From positions 147,872,001 to 147,936,000 of the forward strand of contig CM059432.1 of NCBI GenBank assembly GCA_030390025.1: a DNA stretch of 64,000 nt, in the 5' to 3' direction. Below, piece after piece: positions 37,111 to 49,639 of this stretch. This DNA comes from Squalus acanthias (lineage: Eukaryota). The position numbers and the translations under genes were made by a program. The first letter of the stretch is position 1, and the number at the start of each line of letters is the position of its first letter. Under the pieces are notes generated by a model. The model ran no database searches, was not told where the DNA came from, and saw only the letters and a list, made by a program, of their open reading frames with translations.

Positions 37111-37832
37111 GAGGATCCTCTTCGCCTTGTTCCTCCTGCAGTTCCAAACCTCGCTGTTGTGCAATGTTGTGCAGAGCGCAGCAAACCACAACCATTCTGA
37201 AGACCCTGGCTGCTGCCAACTGAAGGGCGCCTCCAGATCTGTCCAGGCAGCTGAAGCGTATCCTGCGAGCTGCACCTCTCTGCTGCTGCCCTCTCTCCTG
37301 TGGAGCCACTGGTCTGTGAGCAGCAGACTGCTGCGGGTGCTGTTGCTGGTGATGTTGTTGGTCGTCTTGGTCCTCATCTGAGGTCCAATCTAAGGCAGCA
37401 TAAGCAGCACCCATCCTAACCAGATAGAGCAAATGCCCCAAAGTGTAGAAAGTAACCTCTCAGCACAAGTACTGTGAACAAACCCTTTCCCACAAGCAGG
37501 TAAGAAAGCAGCTGTGAGTACTGAGTATTTATTGGCAGATTTCCCTGAGATGGCTTCAGCCCCCTCAATTGCCGCTGTGTACTCGCCTTGCTTTCACTGG
37601 CGAGTTTCAGGAAGCCCTGGAAACCCGTGGAACTGATGTGAAAGTCAAAAGTGTGTGTCAATATCACTCTAATTGAACGATTAACGTGTGGTAATTGGCA
37701 ACCCTCCTCTCCCGAGGCGCTGCTGTGAAATGCAGAAGTCGGCGCATTGGAACCGGCTTCCTGACACGTTGATATTTTCCCCCCCCCCGCCTGCCCCCAA
37801 ACCCACGCACTCTTCCAGGTTAAAATTCAGGC
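37110..37832 (-). mobile_element. Internally deleted Harbinger element end; transposase N-terminus fused to C-terminus
   Basis: TIR-like ggcctgaattttaacc at 37832; MGAAYAAL...GAARR|IRFSCLDRSGGALQ...CCALHNIA. Confidence 0.8.
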
Positions 37833-37881
37833 CATCAGAACAGGAGTAGACCATTAAGCCCGTCGAACCTGTTCCGCCATT

Positions 37882-38312
37882 CAACAACAACAACTTGTAT
37901 TTATATAGCACCTTTAACGTAGTAAAACATCCCAAGGCGCTGCACAGGAGTATTGTAAGACAAAAAATTTAACACCGAGCCACAAAAAGATAAATTAGGG
38001 CAGGTGACCAAAAGCTTAGTCAAAGAGGTAGGTTTTAAGGAGCGTCTTAAAGGTGGAGAGAGAGGTAGCGAGGCGGAAAGGTTTAAGGAGGGAATTCCAG
38101 AGCTTAGGGCCTAAGCAGCTGAAGGCACGGCCACCAAAGGTTGAGCGATTATAATCAGGGATCCTCGAGAGGGCAGAATTAGAGGAGCGCAGATACTTCG
38201 GGGGGTTGTGGGGCTGAAGGAGATTACAGAGATAGGGAGGGGCGAGGCCATGGAAGGATTTGAAAACAAGGATGAGAATTTTGAAATCGAGGTGCTGCTT
38301 AACCGGGAGCCA
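37882..38312 (-). mobile_element. L2 3' end
   Basis: Matches 23350-23785. Confidence 0.9.
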
Positions 38313-38400
38313 ACTCCATTAGCCTGAGTTTTAGAGAGTAGGGAGATGAAAAGAAACAAGAACGAGATGCACAATGAGTCTTTAGCCTGGATGTCCTAAT

Positions 38401-39065
38401 ATGGTCTATACTGGGGAGACCAAATGCAGATTGGGTGACCGCTTTGCGGAACACCTCCGTTCAGTCCGTAAGTGTGACCCTGAGCTTCCAGTCGCCTGTC
38501 ACTTTAATTCTCCGCTCCACTCCCACTCTGACCTCTCCGTCCTCGGCCTCTTACACTGTTCCAATGAAGCGCAACGTAGCTCGAGGAACAGCACCTCATC
38601 TTTCGATTAGGCACTTTACAGCCTTCTGGACTCAACATCGAGTTCAACAATTTCAGACCATAACCTCTGACCTATCTTCTTTTTCTCTCTCTCACATGGC
38701 AGCTGTCGATCATTCTGCCATTGCCATTTACACTTCATCTAGAGTCATCTTTTGTTTCTTAACCTGTCCCATTACCATCTCCTTTTGCCTTGTACCATCA
38801 TCCCTTTTGTCATTTAATCTCTCCTGCCTTCCATCCTATCACAGGCCTTCCCTTTTGTTTTTTCCTCCCCTCCCCCCTCTCCCTGCCCCTGCACTTGCTT
38901 AAAAACCTGTTCCATCTCCAGCTTTTTCCAGTTCTGACGAAGGGTCATCGACCTGAAACGTTAACTCTGTTTCTCTCTCCACAGATGCTGCCTGACCTGC
39001 TGAGTATTTCCAGCATTTTCTGTTTTTATTTCAGATTTCCAGTATCCGCAGTATTTTACTTTTGT
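38401..39065 (+). mobile_element. Penelope-like element 3' part: GIY-YIG endonuclease fragment and tail
   Basis: YTGETK.RLGDRFAEH...PVACHFNS...LGTLQPSGLN. Confidence 0.9.
38930..38966 (+). ncRNA. Minimal type I hammerhead ribozyme motif
   Basis: agtt-CTGACGA-agggtc atc gacct-GAAAC-GTT-aact. Confidence 0.7.
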
Positions 39066-39609
39066 CCTAATATGGTTGTAGTTTTGATGCAAATGGTCAG
39101 ACTGGAATGGAAGTGTGCTGCTTGCTCTCAATTTCCAAGGTCAGCTCATTAGCACAGCTTCAGGTACAGATTTGGAGAAGTCTAGGCAGCACATTTAGTG
39201 ATGGGAGCAGAGAATGACATGTAAGTGGAAGATAAAGGGATCAGGACAACTAAAGGGAAGTGACAGGATAGGCTGACAAAAATTCTGTCGCTCTCTGGAC
39301 AGAATTAAAAGACATCTGAACTCATTAGCAGACTTTGCCAAGGCTCAAGGGTGAGAGGATTAAGAAGTGATGGAAAAAATGAAGAGAAAGGAAACCCGAA
39401 ATGTTGGCATAAGTGTGACAGAGCAGACCAGCACTTGACCACTACTTGATGGCTGTTGAAGTACAGATTGTGCTGCATGAGATAGTTGGGATGAGATTGT
39501 CCCTCTTTGCTATTCCAGGGCACCAGACCCAGAAGTCATTATTGCAGAATTACCTGGAAGGAGGTGGAAGCAGTTTGGAGGCAGCAGTTGGCCTAGCCCT
39601 GAACTGATG

Positions 39610-40385
39610 CTTTTGTCTTCCATCTCCAACCGTGCCCCCCACCAGCCCGAGCCCATCTTGTCCATGTGACCACTCCTGCTCCCTAAATGTCATTACTAAT
39701 AAACTGTGAACCACCCAACTTCTCTTCCTGGCCCCCATGCTAAGTGGTCTTGTAAATGGTTACCTCTACTCAGATATTGTCCTCCTTCCTTTCAAAAGTG
39801 CCATCATCGCACCCTCCTCAAAAAACCTACCTTCGACCCCTCTGTCCGTGCAAACTGTTGGTCCTTCTCCAGCCTTCCTTTTTTCTCCAAAGTCCATTAG
39901 TGTGTTGTCGCCTCCCAGATCTGTGGCCATCTTCCAACAACTTCCTGTTTTAATCTCACCAATTAGGTTCTGTCCCTTCCACTGCACCAAAATGGCCATA
40001 ACTAAAGTTAGGAATGACATTCTCTATGACTGGTGCATTATCTCTCTTCATCCTGCTGGAGCTGTTGGCAGCTTTTGACACAGTTGATCTACCCCATCCT
40101 GCCCCAATGCATCTCCTCTGTTTTCTAGTTCAATCATACTACTCTCTCTGCGCTCCACTCTTACCGATCCAATCTATTAAATCATCTCGAATAATAGCTT
40201 CACTTCCACCCCTGCTACATCAGCTCAGGAGCTCCTGAAGAATCTATTCTTGCCTCCCTCCTCTTTCTTATCTACAAGCTGCCCCTTGATGATATCGTCC
40301 ACAGACAAGGCATCAGCTTCCACCGCCCAGCTCTCCCTCTCCATCACCTCTCTTGACCCCCTCACTGCTTCAGTCTTGCTGCATG
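39610..40385 (+). mobile_element. Old L2 RT fragment
   Basis: LLKKPTFDP, LILLELLAAFDTVD. Confidence 0.75.
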
Positions 40386-40574
40386 CGGGTATGGACTGCT
40401 TCATTATCTGAGCCTACTAAGTTTTTCTTACTCTGTGAAGAAAGCAGAAAGGACATTTTGAGTACATATCCATTTGGGGACCGTATTGTCATTACATGGA
40501 CTTTTATGCTTTTGTGCACTATCAGCACATATGAGTGTGGTGAAGTAACATCTTGCAAGTCATGTGATTAATAT

Positions 40575-40755
40575 GGTACATGCCAGTTGGTCTGAGCAGC
40601 TGCCCAATCTCCTCAGGCCCAGTGCCTTCCAGTGTATCTCTGCAAACTAAATCCACTATTATTTCCTCACATACAGTGAGCTGCTGATGCTGGCAGGGTC
40701 TGTCACCTGTTTCATGCTGTGCCCTGTTGTTATTTGCCTCTTTTGCCTTTAAACA
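40575..40755 (-). pseudogene. Decayed Harbinger Myb/SANT second exon
   Basis: AKEANNNRAQHETGDRP..QQLT..EE resembles EKRAHNKRARERTRGGPP..QLT.AEE at 62380. Confidence 0.5.
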
Positions 40756-41031
40756 TAAAATTAAGCTGAAAGAAGATGATTTGGCCCATGGAAATTTTTT
40801 AACCCAGTTCATTTTCTTTGACATCTGGGGTTGCATACTGTATAAGGCTGCCAGTTTCACTTCTATTTTTTTTTAAATTCATTCCTGGATGTGGGCATCG
40901 CTAGCAAAGCCAGTATTTATTGCCCGTACCTCGTTGCCCTTGAGAATGTTGTGGTGAGCCACCTTCTTGAACTGTTGTAGTCCGTGTAGTGAAGGTACTC
41001 CCATAGTGCTGTTCGGACTCCCACTGTGCTG

Positions 41032-42007
41032 TTAGGACTGCTACATACTTGCCAGCATTTCTTTGTGTCAGTAATCCATTTCTTGTGCATTTGTTTATCA
41101 ACTATTACTTTCCTTCATGTCCATACATGTCCAGTAATATTGCTACCTCACCATTCTCCTCTATTACATCATGCAGCTTCTTCTAGATATCCTTGCAGAT
41201 CCATGGAGTAGTTGACATGGAGTTCATATTGTGTGTGACATAGTGACACACGTTTTTCCTCCATATAATATGTGGGAGCTGTTATTGCAATGTAACTGAC
41301 ATTGTGTTTCTTTATGACACAAGCACATTAAAGGCTCAGTCACCACACTTAGCTTCCCTTGTTATTATCGAGCCATTCTTCTGAGAAATAAAGTGCACCC
41401 CACAACTGCAGTAATGAGCTGTTCAGCATTTATTCCGGATAACTGGCTTGTTTCCTTGTTGGGAAGTATTGAATATATCGTTATTGCAGCTGTGTCCTGA
41501 TACTCCTTGCCTCACAACTTGATGGCCAGGCTCTATCAATACAGGCTGCAGTTTCTCAGTGTGATACTGCAGGAAACGCTTCACACTGCAGACTAAACAC
41601 GTCCAGCTGTCTTGGCATTTTTAAGCTATGAAAAAATAACAACAGTGCCTGCTCTTCAAAATTAATTAATTGGCTGTGAGGCACTTTGAGGACAACCTGA
41701 AGTCATGAAGGGTGAGTTTTTTTCTTTGTAGCAGAGCCTCATAGTTTGGGGGCAGAGATATGGAAGTCTATTCCAATGGGGTCAATCGCAGAAATCACAT
41801 CACAGGCATATAGCCCATAAATTTCTGTTAAAATTAATGGATGGAAAATCACAGACTACGCACCCATGTCATGCTAACTCGGACTTTAGGACTGCTACAT
41901 ACTTGCCAGCACTTCTTTGTGTCAGTAATCCATTTCTTGTGCATTTGTTTATCAACTATTACTTTCCTTCATGTCCATATATGTCCAGTAATATTGCTAC
42001 CTCACCA
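41032..42007. repeat. 122-bp direct duplication (41032-41153 and 41886-42007)
   Basis: Two copies differing at 2 positions by eye. Confidence 0.9.
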
Positions 42008-42426
42008 AGCCAAAACAAGCGCTCTACTCGGAGCTCCGACGCGGCAAGAGAGCCCCAGGTGGGCAGAGGAAACGCTTCAAGGACACCCTCAAAGCCTCCT
42101 TGAAAAAGTGCAACATCCCCACCGACACCTGGGAATCCCTGGCCCAAGACCGCACAAAGTGGAGGAGAAGCATCCGGGAAGGCGCCGAACACCTCGAGTC
42201 TCTTCGCCGGGAGCAAGCGGAAGCCAAGCGCAAACAGTGCAAGGAGCGCACGTCAACCCAAGCACCCCCCCCCCCCACCCGCCCCTTCAACCACCGTCTG
42301 CCCCACCTGTGACAGAGACTGTAGGTTCCGCATTGGGCTCATCAGTCACCTGAGAACTCATTTTTAGTGTGGAAGCAAGTCATCCTCGGCTCCGAGGGAC
42401 TGCCTAAGAAGAGGAGAAGGGAAGAC
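42008..42426 (+). mobile_element. RTE-clade LINE 3' end
   Basis: PKQALYSEL..GKRAPGGQRKRFKDTLKASLKKCNI...WESLAQDRTKWR; terminal CPTC..IGLISHLRTH; AG-rich tail. Confidence 0.85.
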
Positions 42427-42645
42427 TGACGTAAGAAATCTACTAGGCACTTGGTCTAAGCATTAAACAAAGCTTAAATCAACTGTTTTACAACATGGAG
42501 ATCTAGTTGTGTCCTTCACTGGTTCCTGTTAAGAATGTCCTGTGCAAGCTGGGCCCATGCCCGAGTATTTATACTCTCCCTGGACAGCGCCACCCACAGG
42601 CCACTCAGTATTATTTCATAAGTCATGAATGACAGATTCATGTCA
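42427..42645 (-). mobile_element. Solo LTR (copy 3)
   Basis: TGAC...GTCA with perfect 5-bp TSD AAGAC. Confidence 0.9.
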
Positions 42646-43236
42646 AAGACTGTGAGTGTCACTTCTCACTGTTAGTGCAGACACAGTATGGGCCCTAATA
42701 TCAGTGCCCTGATTTAACGTTTGCTTTTTTTTTGGTGATAATGCGGAGGGATCCGCGCTGGGTAATGGAACACTTTTCCACTTTTGTTGCTCAGCAAACG
42801 TAACAAGCAGTCCCAAATGAAGCAGAGCATGTGAGTAAATCTCCCTCTACTCTGTCCCTACAATATTTTATAACCACCACATAAGAAGAACGCCTTCCTT
42901 CCACTGCATGAATGTGACCTTTCCTATTTTCAAAACCCAGCAATGCTTGTACGTTATCTGGGTGAGACTGCCAAGCTAGTCCTGATTTATTCTGAACTGT
43001 GGAAAGCCCTGTGCTGGGCCCACAGCCGCAGGGAGCTGGTTAAAATGGGCGACACACATCAAAGTTGCTTTTGGAAGAGCTTGTCTGACATGGGTAAGTG
43101 TAAAAGCAGCTGCTCCAAGTAAAAACTTTGGTGGCCTTTCAACAGTTGAGAAGAGCTGAGATGAACATGGGAACCACCTGCGCAATGGTGATCTTTATAA
43201 GGTTAGGTTCTGTTACTGAGATGATTTAATACATCA

Positions 43237-43445
43237 CAGCCAATGAAGTACTTTTAACGTATGGTCGCTGTTGCAATGTAGGAAAATGCAGCAGCCAGTT
43301 TGTGCACAGCAAGGTCCCACAAACAGCAATGTGATAAATGACCAGATAATCTCTTTTAGTGGTATTGATTGTGGGATAAATGTTAGCCAGGACACCAGGA
43401 GAACTCCTCTACTCTTCTTTGAATACTGCCACAATATCTTTTATA
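43237..43445 (-). mobile_element. Diverged SacSINE1-like fragment
   Basis: Similar to the reverse complement of 2130-2330. Confidence 0.7.
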
Positions 43446-43514
43446 TGCCTTGTACTAGCTCTTCCCACTGCCTCGGCCTTCTGTCTGGAAGGCCTCCTGG
43501 CCCTCTGCGGGTAG

Positions 43515-44920
43515 AGGACAATATATTGCCCCCAACCCCATGAGCCCTTATCTCGTGCAACAACCTTTCGTGTGGCATCTTCTTGAATGCTAATTGAAAA
43601 TCCAAATATACCACATCCACTGGTTCCCCTTTGTCTTCCCTGCTAGTTACATCCTCAAAAAACTCTAATAAATTTGTCAAACACGATTTCCCTTTCATAA
43701 AACCAGGTTGACTCTGCCTAATCCTATTATGATTTTATAAGCACCTGTTACCACTTCCTTAATAATGGAGTCCAGCATTTTCCCAATGACAGATGTCAGG
43801 CTAACTGGCCTGTAGCTCCCTGTTTTCTCTCTCCCTCCTTTCTTGAATAGTGGCTGTTACATTTGCTACCTTCCAACCTACTGTGACTGTTCCAGAATCT
43901 AGAGAATTTCAGAAGATCACAACCAATACATCCACTATCTCTGCAGCCATCTCTTTAAGTCCCATTAATTTCTCCAGTAATTTTTCTTTACTAATATTAA
44001 TTACTTTAAGTTCCTCAATCTCATTAGACCCTTGGCTCCCCACTATTTCTGGTCTGCTTTTTGTGTCTTCTTCTGTGAAGATAGATACAAAATATTTGAT
44101 TAGCGTCTCTGCCATTTCTTTATTCCCCATTATAATTTCTCCTGTCTCAGCCTCTAAGGGACCAACGTTTACTTTTGCTACTCGCTTCCTTTTTACATAC
44201 TTGTAGAAGCTCTCACAATCTGCTTTTATATTTCTTGCTAGTTTACTCTCATATTCTATTTTCTCCCTCTTTATCAATTTTTTGGTCATCCTTCGCTGGT
44301 TTCTAAAACTGTCCAAATCCGCAGGCTTACTACTCTTCCTAGCAACATTATAAGACTCTTCTTTTAATCTAATACTAATACTTAACCTCTTTAGTTAGCC
44401 ACGGATGGATCACTTTTCCCCTGGAGTTTTTAATTCTTAAGCGAAGCCCGTCCCAACAGAACAGCGCCCTCTTTCCCCAGTACTGGTGCCAGTGCCAGAT
44501 GAATCAAAACCACTGTGTCTCAGACCACTCTTTGAGCCACGCATTCAACTCTCTGATCTCCTTGTCCCTGTGCAAATTTGTGCGTGGCTCAGGTAACAAT
44601 CCAGAGATTATTGCCTTTGAAGTTCTGCTTATTAATTTTGACCCTAGCTCCTCAAACTCCCTCAGCAGAACCTCATTCCTAGTTCTACCTATGTCGTTGG
44701 TTCCAACGTGGACCTAGACAACTGGATCCTCCCCCTCCCACTCCAAGTTCTTCTGCAGCCGCAAGAAGATGTCCTTAACTCTGCCACCGGGCAGACAACA
44801 CAACCTTCGGAACTCCTGGTCGTGGCTGCAGAGAACAGTATCTATCCCCCGGAATATACTGTCCCCTACCACAACTACATTCCCTTTCACTCCCCCCACT
44901 TGAATGGCCTCCTGTACCAT
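43515..44920 (-). mobile_element. CR1 fragment with ORF1 SGNH/esterase piece (44440-44920) and ORF2 pieces
   Basis: VVVGDSI.RG...CLPG.RVKD...[20 protein letters not shown]. Confidence 0.85.
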
Positions 44921-45398
44921 AAATCGATAGATCCTTGTTGGTTAAGGTTATCAAGGGATACGGGCCAAATTGGCTAAACAGAGTAGAGGTACAGATCAGC
45001 CATGATCTAAGTGAATGGTGGAACAGGCTCGAAGGGCTAAATGGCCTACTCCTGTTCCTAATGTTCAGAACAGATGAGTGCGAAAATCGCATACTTTCCG
45101 AAAGCTGCCAAGATAAGACAACCCAGCAGTATTATACACCAGCCCAGGTATATATGCCATGATGTATTACCTGTCAACTTGCTGCACACTTACTCCTGTC
45201 ATACGTCAAGTTATCAGGCAATCTTACAGTTCTTTCATGGCTTACTACACACACCAACAAGACACACATTCAATCTGTAACCTACAACTAAAATCCTAGG
45301 CACACTTATATCTTCAAAGGGGGGTTGCACATTAAATCATTGTAATATGACCCAGTGCACAGGTGGACACATGTTTGCCTTTGTGTTTCTTCAACTAA

Positions 45399-45853
45399 GA
45401 AAGAAAGAAAGACTTGCATTTATATAGCACCTTTCACGACCACCGGACGTCTCAACGCGATTTACAGCCAATGAAGTACTATTTGGAGTGGAGATACTGT
45501 TGTAATGTGGGAAGCGCGGCAGCCAATTTGCACACAGCAAGCTCCCACAAACAGCAATAATGACCAGATAATCTGTTTTTGTTATGTGGATTAAGGGATA
45601 AATATTGTCCGAGACACCGGGGTTAACTCCCCTGCTCTTCTTTGAAATAGTGCCTTAGGATCTTTTACGTCCACCTGAGAGGGCAGACGGGGCCTCGGTT
45701 TAATGTCTCATCCAAAAGACGGCACCTCCGACAGCGCAGCACTCCCTCAGCACTGCATCGGAGTGTCAGCCTAGCTTGATGTGCTCAAGTCCCTGGAGTG
45801 GGACTTGAACCCACAACCTTCTGACTCAGAGGTGAGTGTGCTACCCACTGAGC
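45399..45853 (-). mobile_element. Near full-length SacSINE1-like SINE
   Basis: tRNA-like head (gctcagtggg A box, ggttcaagtcc B box), central domain, (TTTC)n tail. Confidence 0.85.
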
Positions 45854-46319
45854 AACTACAACAATTTAAGTCTATTTAAATGGCAAGATGACACCTAATA
45901 CAGGGAACAAAACTGAACTGGAAGAGGGCCCAGATATACAAGCCCTCAATTAGACTGAAGGAGCTCACTTTGGACATCTTTGCCTAGAATAGCAATAGGG
46001 GAGGCAAGTCCAGAAGTCTCCTTCAAACTCAGGGCCAGTACGACTCTGCTTTTATTATGTTTTGCCCTCTTCTTGCTCACTGACACACAATCGCCCCATC
46101 ACACACAGAATCTGGCAATGCAAGCTCCTTTTGAGAATGTGTCTTTGTTCCTTTTCTGTGATTATAGATCTGCCAGCATCACTATTGGCCCACAGCACCC
46201 TGCATCCCTCTTACCAATGTTTGCAATGACCAGCATAGCTACAAACATCCTGAAGGATGCAGATACCGAGCTAGAGAAGGTAGCAACACATGAGTCACAT
46301 TGCACAGATGAGGAGGGAC

Positions 46320-49105
46320 ATAGGAACAGGAGTAGGCCATTTAGCCCCTCGAGCCTGTTCTGCCATTCAATGAGATCCTGGCTGATCTGTGGACTAACTC
46401 CATAACCCTTAATACCTTTGATTAACAAAAATCTATCGATCTCAGATTTAAAATTAACAATTGATCTAGCATCAACTGCCGTTTGTGGAGGAGAGTTCCA
46501 AACTTCTACCGCCCTTTGTGTAGGGGGTGGTGGTTTGTGTCAGCTTCACCTCTGACTTCTGAGCGGTTCGAATCGCTCCCACTCCCTTGGTTCTGGACCA
46601 TGGACTTATTTGGGGGTTGTGATAAAAGGTGCAGCAGACAACTGGTTTTGATGAAAGAACTTCGATCTTTATTCAAGAAAGTAAAACACAACACAAACAC
46701 TCTTAGCACTCTAAAAGTGGGGAATACTTCGGTACAAGCGAGGGAAATAACATTAGAAGAATACTTCACCCCTCCCAATCCCACTTCACTAGCCAGGTTG
46801 GGCTCTGGAGAACCAGGGATAATGCTCACCAAACAAATCCTTGACAGGGTTTAGAGTCTTTTGAGTAGAAAGTTTTGTTAGACCCTTGTTGCCGCGAGGT
46901 GTCCGATGGTCACTGAGGTGGTCGCTCTGGTCTCTTCTTGCGTGTCGGCCTACTTCTGGAGTTGTTGGCCTTCTTTGTTGAACTTCTTTCTGTTGAACTC
47001 TGCCTCTGTTTAAACTGCCTTCTTCTGAGCTGTGGAACTGCCTTCTTACAGAACTGTGGAACTGCCTTCTCTTTGCTTCTCCTGAACTCTGTAACTCCGG
47101 CTCTCACTTCTGCTGAAAACAGGCTTTCAATTGAACTCGAAACTGCAGAACTGCCTTCTGTTGAACTTGAACTGTTTTACTGGAGAACTGGCTTCTTGAG
47201 AAAACAGCCTTTCAATTATACTAATTGAAGCTTCCTTATCAAAACCAAAATCAGATCCCGGTCATTGTAAGATTTGAGACCTCGTTAACAGTAACGACTT
47301 TACTAGCGTGTTAACTGGTTTTGTAAATGTGTGAAGTGGTTTCAGGATAGCTCCATCCTGTCGATCTGTTGTTTAATCGGAGTTTGAATTGTCCTCATGT
47401 TTTGGGTTTCTAGGCTGGACTCAGTCTTTTCTATAGAACTGGTCCTGATTGATTTGTATTATGCATGTTTTCTGATGGGCCCTGTAATCGGTTTGATGGG
47501 GCCTGTTATTTTGGTTGGGACTGTCTTCTCCCAGGGTCTATTGTCAAAATGTTAATGCCTGCTGGGGCTTGAGTAGGGTCATCCCGGTCCCCAGACAGTG
47601 CAATTAACTGCAATAACCAAAACTGCTTTTACAGAGGTCGAGCCCAACTTCCTTCACAGCCTTTTCTCCCTTACAGGCCCAGACATGTTTTTAAAATGCC
47701 AAAACCTGGGTTTTGGTCTTATATTCCTTAGGTTAGGCCCAAATGCATATTTATCATGCTGAGATAGTTCCAAAGTCCTTTTTCCTTAGGTTTTGGGGAT
47801 CTGTAAATTTTGGAAAACTTACATTTGTGTGTACAAGTGTTTCCTAACTTCGCTCCTGAAAGGCCTGGCTCTAATTTTTAGACTATGCCCCCTAGTCCTA
47901 GACTCCCCAACCAGCAGAAATAGTTTCTCTCTATCTACCCTATCAGTTCCCCTTAATATCCTGAAAACTTCGATCAGATCGCTCTTAACATTCTAAATTC
48001 TAGGGAATACAACCCTAGTTTGTGTAATCTCTCCTCGTAATTTAACCCTTGGATTCCGGGTATCATTCTGGTAAACCTATGCTGCACTCCCTCCAAGGCC
48101 AATATATCCTTCCTAAGGTGTGGTGCCCAGAACTGCTCACAGTGCTCCAGGTGTGGTCTAACCAGGGCTCTTGTATAGCTGCAGCATAACTTCTACCCCC
48201 TTGTACTCTAGTCCTCTAGATATAAAGGTCAGCATTCCATTAACCTTTTTGATTATTTTCTGTACCTGTCCATGTGATTTTCATGATCTATGTACCTGGA
48301 CCCCCCAAGTCTCTTTGGACCTCCACTGCTTTTAGCTTTTCACCATTTAGAAAGTACTCTGTTCTATCCTTTTTAGGTCCAAAGTGAATGACCTCACATT
48401 TGCTTACATTGAAATCCATTTGCCACAGTTTTGCCCATTCGCTTAATCTATTAATGTCTCTTTGTAATTTTATGCTTTCACCTACACTGCCTACAATGCC
48501 GTCTATCTTTGTGTCATCGGCAAATTTGGATATGTGGCTCTCTGTCCCATCATCTAAGTCGTGAATAGATACGGTGAATAGTTGAGGGCCCAACACAGAT
48601 CCCTGTGGGACGCCACCAGTCACCTCCTGCCAATTAGAGTACCTGCCCATTGTCCCTACTCTCTGTCTCCTGCCGCTCAGCCAACTTCCTAACCAGGTCA
48701 ATAATTTGCCTTGAATTCCATGAGCTTCAACCTTAGTTAACAGTCTCTTATAAGGGACTTTATCAAATGCCTTCTGGAAGTCCATATAAGTAACATCCAT
48801 AGACATTCCCCTGTCCACTACTTCAGTCACCTCTTCAAAAAATGTAATTAGATTCATCAGGCATGACCTACCCTTAACAAATCCATGCTGGCTCTCTCTG
48901 ATCAGCTGAAAATTTCCAAGGTATTCAGTCACTCTATCCTTAATTATAGACTCTAGTAATTTCCCGACAACAGATGTTAGGCTAACTAGTCTATCGTTCC
49001 CTGGTTTCTCTCTCACACATTTCTTAAATCAGTAGAGTGACAACTGCAATTTCTCCAATCTAAAGGAACGGTTCCCAAATCGAGAGAACTTTTAAGAGCA
49101 ATTGC
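46320..49105 (-). mobile_element. CR1 RT and 3' end, interrupted by a solo LTR
   Basis: ORF 48288-49016: [30 protein letters not shown]. Confidence 0.95.
46519..47823 (-). mobile_element. 1305-bp solo LTR with 4-bp TSD
   Basis: TGTA...TACA termini; TTTG duplicated at 46515-46518 and 47824-47827; CR1 restored on removal; minus-strand AATAAA near 46670. Confidence 0.85.
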
Positions 49106-49182
49106 TTGAGTTACAGAGGAATTTTTAAAGTGTCTTTTTTTGCCTTGCACCTGGATTGAGCTGGACATGCCTCCAACAGCCT

Positions 49183-49562
49183 AAGAAAGAAAGAAAGACT
49201 TGCATTTCTATAGCGCCTTTCACGACCACCGGATGTCTCAAAGCGCTTTACAGCCAATGAAGTACTATTTGAAGTGTAGTCACTGTTGTAATGTGGGAAA
49301 CGCGGCAGCCAATCTGTGCACAGCAAGCTCCCACAAACAGCAATGTGATAATGACCAGATAATCTGTTTTTGTTATGTTGGTTGAGGGATAAATATTGGC
49401 CCAGGACACTGGGGATAACTCCCCTGCTCTTCTTCGAATTAGTGCCGTGGGATCTTTTACATCCACCTTAGCAAGCAGACAGGGCCTCGGTTTAATGTCT
49501 CATCCAAAAGACGGCACCTCTGACAGTGCAGCACTCCCTCAGTACTGCACTGGAGTGTCAGC
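49183..49562 (-). mobile_element. SacSINE1-like, 5'-truncated
   Basis: Reverse complement of 2018-2392. Confidence 0.85.
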
Positions 49563-49639
49563 CCTCTAAGGCCCTCTAAGGCCCTCTAAGACCACAGGAA
49601 AAAAATCTTCCACCCATTAAGAGGTTTTAACTACCAGGT

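Noticed and set aside
28058..42645. A full-length 14.6-kb LTR element bounded by LTR copies 2 and 3
   Set aside because: Each LTR has its own TSD, the outer flanks (CTAAC vs AAGAC) do not match, and there is no PPT or PBS.
49561..49590. gccctctaag x3
   Set aside because: Trivial slippage repeat at a SINE junction.
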